Origin: Alphaproteobacteria bacterium
GTDB taxonomy: Bacteria; Pseudomonadota; Alphaproteobacteria; UBA828
Assembly: GCA_965220745.1 (NCBI GenBank)
Contig: CBDCQT010000011.1
Coordinates: forward strand, 416,001-480,000
Direction of reading: 5' to 3'
DNA length: 64,000 bases
Below, one piece after another: positions 33,140 to 45,415 of the stretch (position 1 is its first letter; every line of letters starts with the position of its first letter). The notes beneath the pieces were generated by a model that made no database searches, was not told the DNA's origin, and saw only the letters and a list, made by a program, of their open reading frames with translations. The translations under genes were made by a program, and so were the position numbers.

Positions 33140-33631
33140 ATGAGCGATCAGACAGAAAATCCCGGCTCGGACCATGACCTGTTACGCATGACTGCAGACG
33201 TGGTTACGGCATATGTCGGAAATAATACCGTGGCGCCGTCCGAGCTTGCGGAGGTCATTCGCACGGTCCATGCCTCGCTGCGAGAGGCACAGGCCGGCGC
33301 GACAGCCGTTGCGGTACCGCCGAAGCCTGCCGTCCCAATCAAGAAATCGATCACGCCCGACTATCTGATCTGCCTCGAAGACGGCCGCGAGCTGAAGATG
33401 CTGAAGCGGCATCTGCGCACGACCTATAACATGACCCCCGACGAGTACCGGGCGAAGTGGGGCCTCGATGCCGACTATCCGATGGTCGCGCCCAACTACG
33501 CGCGGCGGCGCTCGGAGTTTGCCAAGCAGATCGGCCTCGGCCAGAAGCGACGGAAGGCCGAGACTTCCGAGAGCGACATGGCCTCGGTCGAAGGCGGCGC
33601 GTCATCCACGGCAGGCGGCGGCATCTATTAG
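33140..33631 (+). CDS. mucR: MucR/Ros-family regulator (nucleoid-associated protein)
   Basis: TADVVTAYVGNN, PAVPIKKSI...ICLEDG..KMLKRHL, YPMVAPNY. Confidence 0.95.
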   Translation: MSDQTENPGSDHDLLRMTADVVTAYVGNNTVAPSELAEVIRTVHASLREAQAGATAVAVPPKPAVPIKKSITPDYLICLEDGRELKMLKRHLRTTYNMTPDEYRAKWGLDADYPMVAPNYARRRSEFAKQIGLGQKRRKAETSESDMASVEGGASSTAGGGIY

Positions 33632-33650
33632 GGGCCCGTCGAGCCTCGCT

Positions 33651-34559
33651 CTAGTCTTCTTTGTCTTCCCGCCGGCCGGTCGTGGTCACGAGGAAGAGTC
33701 CGACGAACATCAGGACCACCGCGCCCCAGATATAGGCAGACGGTGCATCGCCGAAGAACCACATACCGAAGCCCATACCCGACAGCGTGGCCACGTAGTT
33801 GACGGTCGAAAAGATCACCGGGCCGGCGCGGCGAATTACCTCGAAGACCAGATAGAACGACACACAGTTGTTGGCCATCGCGGCAATCGTGGCCCAGTGG
33901 CCGATGCCGAATGAACCGCCGAAGACCCACCACTCGCCGGTCGCAGCCATCACGATGAGCACGTAGCCGGCCGACGCCAGCATCAGGCCTGCGCCGAGCG
34001 CAAGCGAGGTCGTCTGCTGCGGGCGCCAGCGGGCGATCAGCACCGCATTGACCGCATAGGAGAGCGACGGCAACAGGCCGAGCGCCACCCAGCCGGCCAT
34101 GCTGGGCGCCGGCAGGCTCGCCTGCGGCACCAGTACCAGAAGGATGCCGGCCAGCCCCAACAGGATTCCGCCGAAACGGAGCGAGTGGAAGCGCTCCTGC
34201 CTCAGGGTCAACGCCAGCGCGTAAATCATCACCGGCACCAGCGCGAGGCCCAGAGTGAGCAGGCTCGCCGGCACCTTGTGAGCGAGGTAGGCAAGCAGCA
34301 TGTAGGGAAACGAGAGATTCAACGCCCCGGTGGAAAGGAAGATTCGTATGTGGGGGAAGTCGATAGGCGGCAAACGGCGCAACGCCGCGGCCAGGAGCAG
34401 AAGCGCGCCGCCGCCGCCCAGCGACTGCCAGAAGACATAGGGCAGGAAGGGTACGCCGCCGTCCGCCGCGAAGCGGTTGAGCGATATCGCCAGCGCGAAG
34501 GAGACGCCGAGGGCAAACAGCATCCCGATCAGGAGCGGGCTCGGTCGGGTGGCGGGCAT
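33651..34559 (-). CDS. DMT/EamA family transporter
   Basis: About 10 hydrophobic helices; two-repeat EamA pattern. Confidence 0.85.
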   Translation of the reverse strand: MPATRPSPLLIGMLFALGVSFALAISLNRFAADGGVPFLPYVFWQSLGGGGALLLLAAALRRLPPIDFPHIRIFLSTGALNLSFPYMLLAYLAHKVPASLLTLGLALVPVMIYALALTLRQERFHSLRFGGILLGLAGILLVLVPQASLPAPSMAGWVALGLLPSLSYAVNAVLIARWRPQQTTSLALGAGLMLASAGYVLIVMAATGEWWVFGGSFGIGHWATIAAMANNCVSFYLVFEVIRRAGPVIFSTVNYVATLSGMGFGMWFFGDAPSAYIWGAVVLMFVGLFLVTTTGRREDKED

Positions 34560-34660
34560 GGACGGAGCCTCCCACGGGTCGCGGCATCGCCGCCGGGTGC
34601 GGGCAGGCTTGGTACGCCTATGCCCGAATGCTAGAAAAACGCGTCGTCCAGGAGGGAATC

Positions 34661-35875
34661 ATGGTCCAAACCGCAGCGGCCGCCAAGGCCGCACCGTCCC
34701 GCACGAAACCGGTATTCCAGTGGGACGATCCGTTCCTGCTCGACGACCAGCTCGGTGAGGACGAGCGGCTGGTGCGCGACACCACCCGCGCCTACGCCCA
34801 AGAAAAGCTGATGCCGCGCATCCTCGAGGCGAACCGGCACGAGCGCTTCGACCGCGAGATTCTGAACGAGATGGGCGCCCTCGGCCTCTTGGGCTCGACC
34901 ATCCAGGGCTACGGCTGCGCCGGAGTGAGCTACGTCTGTTACGGCCTCGCCGCGCGTGAGGTGGAGGCGGTCGATTCCGGCTATCGCTCCGCGATGAGCG
35001 TGCAATCTAGCCTGGTGATGTATCCCATCGACGCCTACGGCACCGAGGCGCAGAAGCAGCAGTGGCTGCCACGCCTCGCAACGGGCGAGGCCGTCGGCTG
35101 CTTCGGGCTCACCGAGCCGGACTCCGGCTCCGACCCCGGTAGCATGACGACGCGCGCACGCGCGGTCGACGGGGGATTTCTGCTTTCCGGCGCGAAGAAC
35201 TGGATCTCCAACTCGCCCATCGCCGATGTCTTCCTGGTCTGGGCCAAGAATGACGAAGGCACGATCCGAGGCTACCTGCTCGAGAGGGATATGAAGGGGC
35301 TGGCGGCGCCCAAGATCGAGGGCAAGTTCTCGCTGCGCGCCTCGGTCACCGGCATGATCCAGATGGACGAGGTGTTCGTACCGGCGGAGAATGAGCTTCC
35401 CGGCGCGAGCGGGCTTGCGGGACCCTTCCGCTGCCTCAACCGGGCCCGCTACGGCATCGGCTGGGGCGCGCTCGGCGCCGCCGAGTTCTGCTGGCGCGCC
35501 GCCCGCGACTACACGATGGACCGGCAACAGTTCGGCCGGCCGCTCGCGGCCAACCAGCTGATCCAGAAGAAGCTCGCCGACATGCAGAGCGAGATCGCCA
35601 TCGGCCTGCAGGCGTGCCTGCGCGTCGGCCGGCTCTTCGACGAGGGCAGGGCGACGCCGGAGATGATCTCGCTGATCAAGCGCAACTCCTGCGGCAAGGC
35701 GCTGGAGATGGCGCGCACCGCCCGCGACATGCACGGCGGCAACGGCATCAGCGACGAGTTTCACGTGATCCGCCACGTCATGAACCTCGAGGCGGTCAAC
35801 ACCTACGAGGGCACCCACGACATCCATGCCCTGATCCTCGGCCGGTCGCAGACCGGCATTCAGGCCTTCGCCTGA
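34661..35875 (+). CDS. gcdH: Glutaryl-CoA dehydrogenase
   Basis: [48 protein letters not shown]. Confidence 0.92.
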   Translation: MVQTAAAAKAAPSRTKPVFQWDDPFLLDDQLGEDERLVRDTTRAYAQEKLMPRILEANRHERFDREILNEMGALGLLGSTIQGYGCAGVSYVCYGLAAREVEAVDSGYRSAMSVQSSLVMYPIDAYGTEAQKQQWLPRLATGEAVGCFGLTEPDSGSDPGSMTTRARAVDGGFLLSGAKNWISNSPIADVFLVWAKNDEGTIRGYLLERDMKGLAAPKIEGKFSLRASVTGMIQMDEVFVPAENELPGASGLAGPFRCLNRARYGIGWGALGAAEFCWRAARDYTMDRQQFGRPLAANQLIQKKLADMQSEIAIGLQACLRVGRLFDEGRATPEMISLIKRNSCGKALEMARTARDMHGGNGISDEFHVIRHVMNLEAVNTYEGTHDIHALILGRSQTGIQAFA

Positions 35876-35880
35876 CGGCC

Positions 35881-37179
35881 ATGGCGCGGCGCGGCGGGAA
35901 GGGGCGGAAAACAAAGCTTCTGCTCGGCGCCATCGCCGACGACCTCACCGGCGCGACCGATCTCTGCAACACGCTGGTGGCTGGGGGCATGCGCACGGTC
36001 CAGGTGATCGGAGTCCCCCGCGCGGAGACTGCCTTGCCCGATGCCGACGCCGTCGTGGTCGCGCTCAAGTCGCGCACGGTGCCGCCCGCAAAGGCGGTGC
36101 GCGAGTCCCGCGCGGCGCTCGCCTGGCTCAGGAAGGGCGGCGCTCGTCAGATCTTCTTCAAGTACTGCTCGACCTTCGATTCCACGCCGCGCGGCAACAT
36201 CGGGCCGGTGGCGGACGCGCTGCTGGACGATCTGGGGGCCGACCTCACCATCGCCTGCCCGGCCTTCCCGACCAACGGGCGTACCGTCTACAGGGGGCAC
36301 CTCTTTGTCGGCGACGTGCTGCTTGAGAACTCGGGCATGCGCAACCATCCGCTGACCCCGATGCGGGACTCCAATCTCGTGGCGGTGCTCGGCGCCCAGA
36401 CGCCGCGCCCCGTGGGACTGGTCGAGTATGAGACCGTGCGCGAGGGCAGCGGCGCGATCCGCCGCGCGCTTGACGGGCTGCGGGAGGCAGGCACGCGGCA
36501 TGCCATCGTCGATGCCATTGCCGACGGCGACCTCATGGCGGTCGGCGAGGCCTGCGCCGATATGCCGCTCGTCACCGGCGGCTCCGGCGTCGCCATGGGG
36601 CTGCCGGCGAACTTCCGTGAGAGCGGCTTGCTGGGAGAGGCGGAGGAGGCGGCCACGCTGCCGGCTGCCTCTGGCCACGCGGCAGTGATCGCTGGCAGCT
36701 GCTCGCCAGCGACGCTCGGACAGATCGAGCACATGGCGGCCATGTGCCCGGCGTTCTTTGTCGATGCCGAGGCGCTCGCCGCGCGCCGCCGGGTGGCGGC
36801 CGAGGCGCTGGCCTGGGCGCGGCCCAGGCTCGCCGACGGGCCGGTGCTGATCTACGCCAGCGCCGCGCCGGCGCGGGTCAGGCGGATTCAGAAGAAGCTC
36901 GGCGCAGAGAAGGCCGGTGCGATGATCGAACGTTGCCTCGCGCGTATCGCCACCGGCCTCGTCGATGCCGGCGTCGGCCGGCTGGTGGTGGCCGGCGGCG
37001 AGACCGCAGGCGCCGTGGTCGGCGCGCTCGGAGTTCGGGCTCTCCGCATCGGGGCCGAGATCGACCCCGGCGTGCCGTGGACCACGAGCGTCGGCGAGCC
37101 CTGGCTCCATCTCGCGCTGAAATCCGGCAACTTCGGCGCGCCCGACTTCTTCACCCGCGCATTCGAGGTCTTGCCGTGA
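35881..37179 (+). CDS. otnK: 3-oxo-tetronate kinase (DUF1537 family)
   Basis: IADDLTGATD, KYCSTFDST, AGGET, LKSGNFG. Confidence 0.92.
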   Translation: MARRGGKGRKTKLLLGAIADDLTGATDLCNTLVAGGMRTVQVIGVPRAETALPDADAVVVALKSRTVPPAKAVRESRAALAWLRKGGARQIFFKYCSTFDSTPRGNIGPVADALLDDLGADLTIACPAFPTNGRTVYRGHLFVGDVLLENSGMRNHPLTPMRDSNLVAVLGAQTPRPVGLVEYETVREGSGAIRRALDGLREAGTRHAIVDAIADGDLMAVGEACADMPLVTGGSGVAMGLPANFRESGLLGEAEEAATLPAASGHAAVIAGSCSPATLGQIEHMAAMCPAFFVDAEALAARRRVAAEALAWARPRLADGPVLIYASAAPARVRRIQKKLGAEKAGAMIERCLARIATGLVDAGVGRLVVAGGETAGAVVGALGVRALRIGAEIDPGVPWTTSVGEPWLHLALKSGNFGAPDFFTRAFEVLP

Positions 37180-37808
37180 GCGAGGCTGCGCTGCGCGAGC
37201 AGATCGCCCTTCACGGCGAATCCCTGTTCGCACGCGGCTACGGCTGCGGCGCGTCGGGCAACATCAGCGTGCTGCTCGACGACGGCATGCTGGTCACGCC
37301 GACCAACTCCTGCCTCGGCCGGCTCGACCCCGCGCGGATCGCGAAGCTCGAGCCGGATGGCACCCTGCTCTCCGGCGATCCGCCGTCGAAGGAGGCGTTC
37401 CTGCATCAGTCGATGTACCGGGCGAGGCCGGACGCGCGTGCCATCGTGCACCTGCACAGCACGTGTTCGGTGGCGGTTTCCTGCCTCGCCGACGTCGACC
37501 CCGCCGACGTGCTACCGCCGATCACCGCCTACTACGTGATGCGCGTGGGCCGGCTGCCGCTCATCCCCTATTTCCGGCCGGGCGATCGCGCGCTCGCCGA
37601 CGCCGTGCACGACACGGCGCGCACGCACCACGCGGTGCTGCTGGCCAATCACGGGCCGGTGGTGGCGGGGAAGGCGCTGGATGCGGCGGTCTACGCCGCC
37701 GAAGAGCTTGAGGAGACGGCGAAGCTGCACCTGCTGCTGCGCGGCGCGCCGGTCAGGCTTCTCACCGGCGAGCAGGTCGCCGAGTTGAGAGAGGTCTTCC
37801 CGACCTAA
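37176..37808 (+). CDS. otnC: 3-oxo-tetronate 4-phosphate decarboxylase (class II aldolase)
   Basis: GTGA overlap with otnK; SGNIS, TPTNSCLG, PSKE, HLHS, LANHG. Confidence 0.9.
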   Translation: MSEAALREQIALHGESLFARGYGCGASGNISVLLDDGMLVTPTNSCLGRLDPARIAKLEPDGTLLSGDPPSKEAFLHQSMYRARPDARAIVHLHSTCSVAVSCLADVDPADVLPPITAYYVMRVGRLPLIPYFRPGDRALADAVHDTARTHHAVLLANHGPVVAGKALDAAVYAAEELEETAKLHLLLRGAPVRLLTGEQVAELREVFPT

Positions 37809-37837
37809 GCCGGGAGTCAGTGGGATGAGCGCGCGGC

Positions 37838-38269
37838 CTACGCGGCTTCCTCCTCCTCTTCCTCCTCGTCGTCGCCCGGAACGGGGCCCGAATCCTTGCC
37901 CTTCTCGTCCTCGTCCCGATCGACCAGCTCGATGATCGCCATGGGTGCCGCGTCGCCGTAGCGGTGACCGGCCTTCAACACGCGGGTGTAGCCGCCCGGG
38001 CGCTCGGCGTAGCGAGGGCCCAGCGTGTCGAATAACTTGCGCACGACCGCATCGTCGACGAGATAGCTCAGCGCCTGCCGGCGGGCGTGGAGGTCGCCGC
38101 GCTTGCCGAGCGTGATCATGCGCTCGACGACGCCGCGCAGCTCCTTCGCCTTCGGCAGCGTGGTCTCGATCTGCTCGTGCTTGAGCAGCGACGTCGCCAT
38201 GTTGCGGAACATCGCGCGGCGGTGGCTGGATGTCCGGTTCAGCTTGCGGCGGCCATGTCGATGGCGCAT
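37838..38269 (-). CDS. rplQ: 50S ribosomal protein L17
   Basis: [17 protein letters not shown]...TTLPKAKE...RPGGYTR. Confidence 0.98.
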   Translation of the reverse strand: MRHRHGRRKLNRTSSHRRAMFRNMATSLLKHEQIETTLPKAKELRGVVERMITLGKRGDLHARRQALSYLVDDAVVRKLFDTLGPRYAERPGGYTRVLKAGHRYGDAAPMAIIELVDRDEDEKGKDSGPVPGDDEEEEEEEAA

Positions 38270-38309
38270 GGCGTATCCCCCTGTAGCGTGGCCTGTTCCG
38301 GTCCGGTCC

Positions 38310-39323
38310 CTAGTAGGGCTCGTCCAGCCTCTTGGCCAGCTCCTCGATGTTCTCGGGCGGCCAGTCGGTGAGCTCCATGCCGAGATAGAGACCCATGGCG
38401 GCCAGCACGTCCTTGATCTCGTTGAGCGACTTCCGGCCGAAATTGGGCGTCCGCAGCATTTCGGCTTCGGAATACTGCACCAGGTCGCCGATGTAGATGA
38501 TGTTGTCGTTCTTGAGGCAGTTGGCGGAGCGGACGGAAAGCTCCAGCTCGTCCACCTTGCGCAGCAGGTTCGGGTTGAACTCAGGCTCGACCGCTTCCTC
38601 GGCGCGCGGCAGCTCGCGCGGCTCCTCGAAGTTGATGAAGAGCTGGAGCTGATCCTGGAGGATGCGCGCGGCGAGCGCGATCGCGTCCTCCGGCGAGACG
38701 GTGCCGTTGGTCTCGACCCGCATGGTCAGCTTGTCGTAGTCGGTCACCTGGCCGACACGGGTGTTGTCCACCTTGTAGGCGACCTTGCGCACCGGGCTGT
38801 AGAGCGCATCGACCGGGATCAGGCCGATGGGCGCATCCTCGGGCCGGTTCTGGGCGGCAGGCACGTAGCCCTTGCCGGTCTCGACCGTGAACTCCATGTC
38901 GATCTTGGTGTTCTCGTCGAGGGTGCAGATCACCACGTCGGGATCGACGATCTGGATGCCGTGACCGGCCTGGATCTGCGCCGCCGTGACCTCGCCGGGC
39001 CCGGAGGCGCTGAGCGCCATCCGCCGGGGGCCTTCGCCGTGCATGCGAAGCGCCAGCAGCTTCACGTTGAGCACGAGATCGGTGATGTCCTCGCGCACGC
39101 CCTGAAGCGAGGAGAACTCGTGCAGCACGCCGTTGATCTGCATCGACGTGACCGCGGCACCCTGCAGCGACGACAGCAGGATGCGCCTGAGCGCGTTGCC
39201 GAGCGTCATGCCGTAGCCGCGCTCGAGCGGCTCGGCCACGATGCGCGCGAAGCGGGAGCCGTCTCCCTCGGGCGTCACTTCGAGCTTGTGCGGCTTGATG
39301 AGTTCCTGCCAGTTCTTCTTCAT
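38310..39323 (-). CDS. rpoA: RNA polymerase alpha subunit
   Basis: [40 protein letters not shown]. Confidence 0.99.
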   Translation of the reverse strand: MKKNWQELIKPHKLEVTPEGDGSRFARIVAEPLERGYGMTLGNALRRILLSSLQGAAVTSMQINGVLHEFSSLQGVREDITDLVLNVKLLALRMHGEGPRRMALSASGPGEVTAAQIQAGHGIQIVDPDVVICTLDENTKIDMEFTVETGKGYVPAAQNRPEDAPIGLIPVDALYSPVRKVAYKVDNTRVGQVTDYDKLTMRVETNGTVSPEDAIALAARILQDQLQLFINFEEPRELPRAEEAVEPEFNPNLLRKVDELELSVRSANCLKNDNIIYIGDLVQYSEAEMLRTPNFGRKSLNEIKDVLAAMGLYLGMELTDWPPENIEELAKRLDEPY

Positions 39324-39405
39324 GACACAGACTGTCCCGTGTGATGGGTTGTACGCCCGTTGAATGAGCGAGGTGGCGCGCCGCGGCGCGCCGGCTAAGG
39401 TGCCG

Positions 39406-39792
39406 TCAGACGCGCCGCCGTTTCGGCGGCCGGCAGCCATTGTGCGGGATCGGGGTCACGTCCCGGATCGCGGTGATCACGAAGCCCGCGCTTTGTAGCG
39501 CGCGTAGCGCGGATTCGCGCCCTGAGCCCGGCCCCTTGATCTCGACCTCGAGGGACTTGACGCCGTGCTCCGCAGCCTTGCGGCCGGCTTCCTCGGCCGC
39601 CATCTGGGCAGCGTAGGGGGTCGACTTCCGCGAGCCGCGAAAGCCCATGCTGCCGGCCGACGACCAGGCGATCGCATTGCCCTGGACGTCGGTGATGGTA
39701 ATCATCGTGCTGTTGAAGGTGGCGCTGACATGGGCGATGCCGGAGGAAATGTTCTTCCGCTCGCGGCGCCGTGTGCGTGTCGGCTTCGCCAT
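39406..39792 (-). CDS. rpsK: 30S ribosomal protein S11
   Basis: [27 protein letters not shown]. Confidence 0.99.
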   Translation of the reverse strand: MAKPTRTRRRERKNISSGIAHVSATFNSTMITITDVQGNAIAWSSAGSMGFRGSRKSTPYAAQMAAEEAGRKAAEHGVKSLEVEIKGPGSGRESALRALQSAGFVITAIRDVTPIPHNGCRPPKRRRV

Positions 39793-39804
39793 CCTCGCTG
39801 CCCT

Positions 39805-40173
39805 CTACTTCTTCTTGCCCGCGATCGGGCGTGCCGGCCCTTTGCGCGTGCGTGCGTTGGTGTGGGTGCGCTGGCCGCGTACGGGCAAGCCGCGCCTGTG
39901 CCGGAGCCCCCGATAGGTGCCGAGGTCCATGAGGCGCTTGATGTTCATCGCGACCTCGCGGCGGAGGTCGCCCTCGACCACGTAGCTCTGGTCGATCACC
40001 TCGCGGATGCGGATGACCTCCGCATCGCTCAGCTGGCTCACCCGCTTCTCCGCCGGCAGGCCCACCGTCTCGCGAATTTGCCGGGCCTTGGTGCGCCCGA
40101 TCCCGTGAATGTAAGTCAACGAAATCTCGACCCGCTTGTTGGTCGGGATGTTGACGCCGGCGATACGCGCCAC
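39805..40173 (-). CDS. rpsM: 30S ribosomal protein S13
   Basis: [10 protein letters not shown]...[18 protein letters not shown]. Confidence 0.99.
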   Translation of the reverse strand: MARIAGVNIPTNKRVEISLTYIHGIGRTKARQIRETVGLPAEKRVSQLSDAEVIRIREVIDQSYVVEGDLRREVAMNIKRLMDLGTYRGLRHRRGLPVRGQRTHTNARTRKGPARPIAGKKK

Positions 40174-40341
40174 GCTGGAGCCTCCTCATAGGGAAAGGGC
40201 GCGCGGCGATGCCTGCTGCGCGCGCCCTAGACGGCGCTTCGATTACACTGCGCGTGCGCTCGAGTCAAATGCCGCGTGCCGGCTCGCCGTCCCGATGCGT
40301 TTCCACTAGCATGCGCGCGCCGGCGAGGGGAGGCTCTGTCC

Positions 40342-41397
40342 ATGGCGCACTATCGAATTGCGGTGATTCCGGGCGATGGCATCGGCAACGAGGTCATGCC
40401 CGAGGCCATGCGGGTGCTGGAGGCCGCCGGCCGGCGCTTCGATATCAGCTTCGACTGGCAGCACTTCGGCTGGAACTGCGAAACCTACGGCAAGACCGGC
40501 CGGATGATGCCGGAAGACGGCATCGAGGTGCTGCGCCCGTTCGACGCCATCCTGCTGGGCGCGGTGGGCTTCCCCGGCGTGCCGGACCACGTCTCGCTCT
40601 GGGGTCTCCTGATCCCGCTGCGCCGGGCCTTCCGACAATACGTCAATCTGCGCCCGATCAAGCTGCTCAAAGGCGTGACCTCACCGCTCGCAGGCCGCAC
40701 CCCGGCCGACATCGACTTCGTCATCGTCCGCGAGAACAACGAGGGCGAGTATTCGGAGATGGGCGGGCGCATCTACGCCGGCACCGAGCAGGAGGCGGTG
40801 GTGCAGGAGAGCGTCTTCACCCGCCAGGGCGTCGACCGGGTGATGCGCTACGCCTTCGAACTGGCCCGCACCCGGCAGGGTCGCGTGGCCTCGGCCACCA
40901 AGTCCAACGGCATTATCCACACCATGCCCTATTGGGACGAGCGCTTCGCGGCACATGCCGCAGAGTTCCCGGACGTGGAGACCGACAGCTTTCATATCGA
41001 CATCCTGAGTGCCCACTTCGTGCAGCATCCGGACTGGTTCGACGTGGTGGTGGGCAGCAACCTGTTTGGCGACATCCTTTCGGACCTGGGCGCCGCCGTG
41101 GCGGGCGGCATGGGGCTCGCGCCCGCCGCCAACCTCAACCCCGATCGCGACCATCCCTCCATGTTCGAGCCGGTGCACGGGTCTGCGCCGGATATCGCCG
41201 GGCGCGCCATCGCCAACCCGGTCGCAATGATCTGGACCGGCGCGATGATGGTGGACCATCTCGGCCACGGTGACGCCGCGCGCGCCATCGAGGGCGCGAT
41301 CGAGACCGTGCTCGGCGGAGGCGCCCCGCTCACCCCCGACCTCGGCGGCAGCGCGTCGACCTCGGACGTGGGCGAGGCTGTGGCGGCGGCGCTCTGA
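40342..41397 (+). CDS. Tartrate dehydrogenase/D-malate dehydrogenase (decarboxylating), TtuC/DmlA-like
   Basis: [47 protein letters not shown]. Confidence 0.9.
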   Translation: MAHYRIAVIPGDGIGNEVMPEAMRVLEAAGRRFDISFDWQHFGWNCETYGKTGRMMPEDGIEVLRPFDAILLGAVGFPGVPDHVSLWGLLIPLRRAFRQYVNLRPIKLLKGVTSPLAGRTPADIDFVIVRENNEGEYSEMGGRIYAGTEQEAVVQESVFTRQGVDRVMRYAFELARTRQGRVASATKSNGIIHTMPYWDERFAAHAAEFPDVETDSFHIDILSAHFVQHPDWFDVVVGSNLFGDILSDLGAAVAGGMGLAPAANLNPDRDHPSMFEPVHGSAPDIAGRAIANPVAMIWTGAMMVDHLGHGDAARAIEGAIETVLGGGAPLTPDLGGSASTSDVGEAVAAAL

Positions 41398-41542
41398 GCC
41401 CGGCGACCGGGGGACGTTGAATGGGCCTCCGCTTGACAGCGTTGCGGCGGGTGCTAGGGTCGGCGGCCTTAGAGAGGGGCAGAGAGCGGCACGATTGGCG
41501 GGCCGCGCGACCCCCAGCGAAGCCCCAACACACGGCGAGGCC

Positions 41543-42957
41543 GTGGCGAAAAAGCTCTACGTCAAGACCTTCGGCTGCCAGATGAACGTCTACGACTCCG
41601 CCCGCATGGCGGATGTCCTGGCGCCGCTCGGCTATCGCTCGACGACGGAGCTCGAGGACGCCGATTTAGTGGTCCTCAACACCTGTCACATCCGTGAGAA
41701 GGCGGCGGAGAAGGTCTATTCCGAGCTCGGGCGGTTGCGCGCACTGAAGCGGACGCGCGAGCGGGACGGCGGGGAGATGCTGCTCGCCGTCGCCGGCTGC
41801 GTCGCGCAGGCCGAGGGCGAGGAAGTCACCACCCGCGCGCCCTTCGTCGATATCGTCGTCGGCCCCCAAGCCTATCATCGCCTGCCGGACATGGTGGCGC
41901 GCGCGAGGCGAGAGCGCCGGGCTGCCGTCGACACCTCCATGCCGGCGGACTCGCGCTTCGACCACTTGCCGGAGGAGCTGGCCGGCCGCCAGCCGGGACG
42001 GGACGTCTCGTCCTTCCTCACGATTCAGGAAGGCTGCGACCGCTTCTGCACATTCTGCGTCGTGCCCTATACCCGAGGCGCGGAGGATTCTCGCCCCGCT
42101 GCAGATGTCGAAGCCGAGGCACGCCGCTTGGTCGCCGCCGGCGCCCGCGAGATCGTGCTGCTGGGCCAGAACGTCAACGCCTATCACGGTGCCGACGACA
42201 CCAACGGGGGCGAGACGGACTTGGCAGGTCTGATCGGCCGCCTGGCCGCGATCGAGGGAGTGGAGCGGCTGCGCTACACCACCTCGCATCCGCGCGACAT
42301 GACGCCGGCGCTGATCCAAGCCCACGGGGCCGAGCCGAAGCTGATGCCCTTCCTGCATTTGCCGGTGCAGTCGGGCTCGGACCGTATCCTCGATGCCATG
42401 AACCGGGGTCACGGCGCCGAGCGTTACCTGCGTCTGGTGGCCGCGCTTCGGGCCGCTCAGCCCGAGATCGCGCTTTCCAGCGACTTCATCGTGGGCTTCC
42501 CCGGCGAGACCGAGGCGGACTTCGAGGAGACGATGGCGCTGGTGCGCGAGGTCGAGTTCGCGCAGGCTTTCTCCTTCAAGTACAGCCCGCGCCCCGGCAC
42601 GCCTGCGGCAGAGCGCGACGACCGCGTGCCGGGCGAGGTCGCTGCTGAGCGTCTGAGCCGTCTCCAGCGCTTGCTCGACGAGCAGAAGCGGCGCTTCAAC
42701 GCGAGCATGGTGGGGCGGACGCTCCCGGTGCTGTTCGAGAGGCGCGGCCGCCACCCAGGTCAGGTCGCAGGCCGCACGCCCTACATGCAGTGGCTCCATG
42801 TGGAGGGCGGCGAGGCGTTGATCGGTACCGTCACGGAGGCGACCGTGACTGACGCCTCGCCTAACGGCCTCGCAGGCGTGCTGGCGGGTGGCATGGGCGC
42901 GAGCACCCAGGGCCACGACAGCGCTGCCCGCCTGGGCATTGCAGGAGGCGTTCCCGC

Positions 42958-42961
<4 letters not shown>
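41543..42961 (+). CDS. miaB: tRNA-2-methylthio-N6-isopentenyladenosine synthase
   Basis: [11 protein letters not shown]; radical SAM motif CDRFCTFC; C-terminal TRAM domain; GTG start. Confidence 0.97.
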
Positions 42962-44013
<1,052 letters not shown>

Positions 44014-44488
44014 CGCTGCGGCCGTGGTCCGACGCGCCGCCGCCGCGGCCCTCGAGGCGGAAGCGAACCTACCCGGTCGCGTGGAACTCGGCGTGGTGCT
44101 GGCGGACGATGCCTTCGTGCGAACGCTGAACAGGGACTACCGGGGGCAGGACCGCGCGACGGACGTGCTCTCATTCCCGGTCCACGAGCCGCCGCGCTTT
44201 GGCCCACCGCCCGGCGAAATGCCGCTCATGCTGGGCGACGTGGTGCTCGCCCGCGAGACCGTGCAGCGCGACAGCGCATCCACCGGCATTGGCCTTGCCG
44301 ATCGGGTGAGCCACCTGGTGGTCCACGGCGTGCTTCACCTGCTTGGCCACAACCACGACGAGCCGGTTGCCGAGCGCCGCATGCGCGCGCTCGAATCCCG
44401 AACGCTATTGGCACTTGGCTTATCCGATCCCTACGTTAACCTGTGAGAGTGAGAGTTGCCCCGCGGTCACGGGCCGCGGAGCGGAACG

Positions 44489-45415
44489 ATGAGCGAAGAC
44501 GACAAACCTCCATCTAGCAGCGACAGTGTAGGCGGCGACCGAAGCGGGCGGGCTCGCGCGTCGGTCGTTGGGCTGATCGGCAATTGGCTGCGCAAGGGGC
44601 TCGGCCGCGGCAACGGCGGCTCCTGGCGCGAGTCCCTCGGCGAGATCCTCGAAGAAGAGGAAATCGCCGATCAGATCAGCCCGGACGAGCGCGACCTGCT
44701 GCTCAACCTGCTGCGCTTCGGCAGCCTGACCGCCGAAGACGCGATGGTGCCCCGCAACGACATCACGGCGGTCGAGATCACGGCGCCGCTGGGTGAGGTC
44801 GTCGCCATCATCAAGGAGGAGGGCCATTCGCGGATGCCGCTCTACCGCGGCGATCTCGACGAGATCGTCGGCATGATTCACATCCGCGATGTCATGGGCC
44901 ATTGGGGCGGAGACGGCCCCTTCGACCTGGAGGCAATCCGGCGCGAAATTCTGTACGTGCCCGAATCCATGCCGATCCCCGCCCTGCTCAAGGAGATGCG
45001 CGAGACCCGGCTGCACATGGCGGTGATCGTCGACGAATACGGCGGCACCCACGGCCTGGTCACGATCGAGGACGTGGTGGAGGAGATCGTCGGCGAGATC
45101 GAGGACGAGCACGACGAGATCGAGGCCCCGGCCCTGATCCGCCTGGATGACGGCGCGATGGAGGCGGATGCCCGCGTTCGCGTCGACGAGCTGGAGCGCC
45201 ATCTGGCGGTCCCGCTGCTCGACGGCGACGAGGAGGACGCGGTCGATACCCTCGGCGGGCTCGTGTTCACCCTTGCCGAGCGGGTGCCCCGTGTGGGCGA
45301 GCAAATTTGCCACCCGGTCGGATTCACATTCGAGGTGCTGGAGGCCGACCCGCGGCGCATCAAGAGGCTGCGAGTCAGCCGCACTGAGTCACACCCGGCG
45401 CACGGTCGTCCGTGA
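44489..45415 (+). CDS. corC: CBS + CorC domain protein (YbeX/CorC)
   Basis: MVPR, HSRMP, VDEYGG...[23 protein letters not shown]. Confidence 0.9.
   Translation: MSEDDKPPSSSDSVGGDRSGRARASVVGLIGNWLRKGLGRGNGGSWRESLGEILEEEEIADQISPDERDLLLNLLRFGSLTAEDAMVPRNDITAVEITAPLGEVVAIIKEEGHSRMPLYRGDLDEIVGMIHIRDVMGHWGGDGPFDLEAIRREILYVPESMPIPALLKEMRETRLHMAVIVDEYGGTHGLVTIEDVVEEIVGEIEDEHDEIEAPALIRLDDGAMEADARVRVDELERHLAVPLLDGDEEDAVDTLGGLVFTLAERVPRVGEQICHPVGFTFEVLEADPRRIKRLRVSRTESHPAHGRP

Noticed and set aside
37841-37875. TCC/TCG trinucleotide run
   Set aside because: It encodes the acidic tail of L17 ([11 protein letters not shown]), an ordinary low-complexity extension
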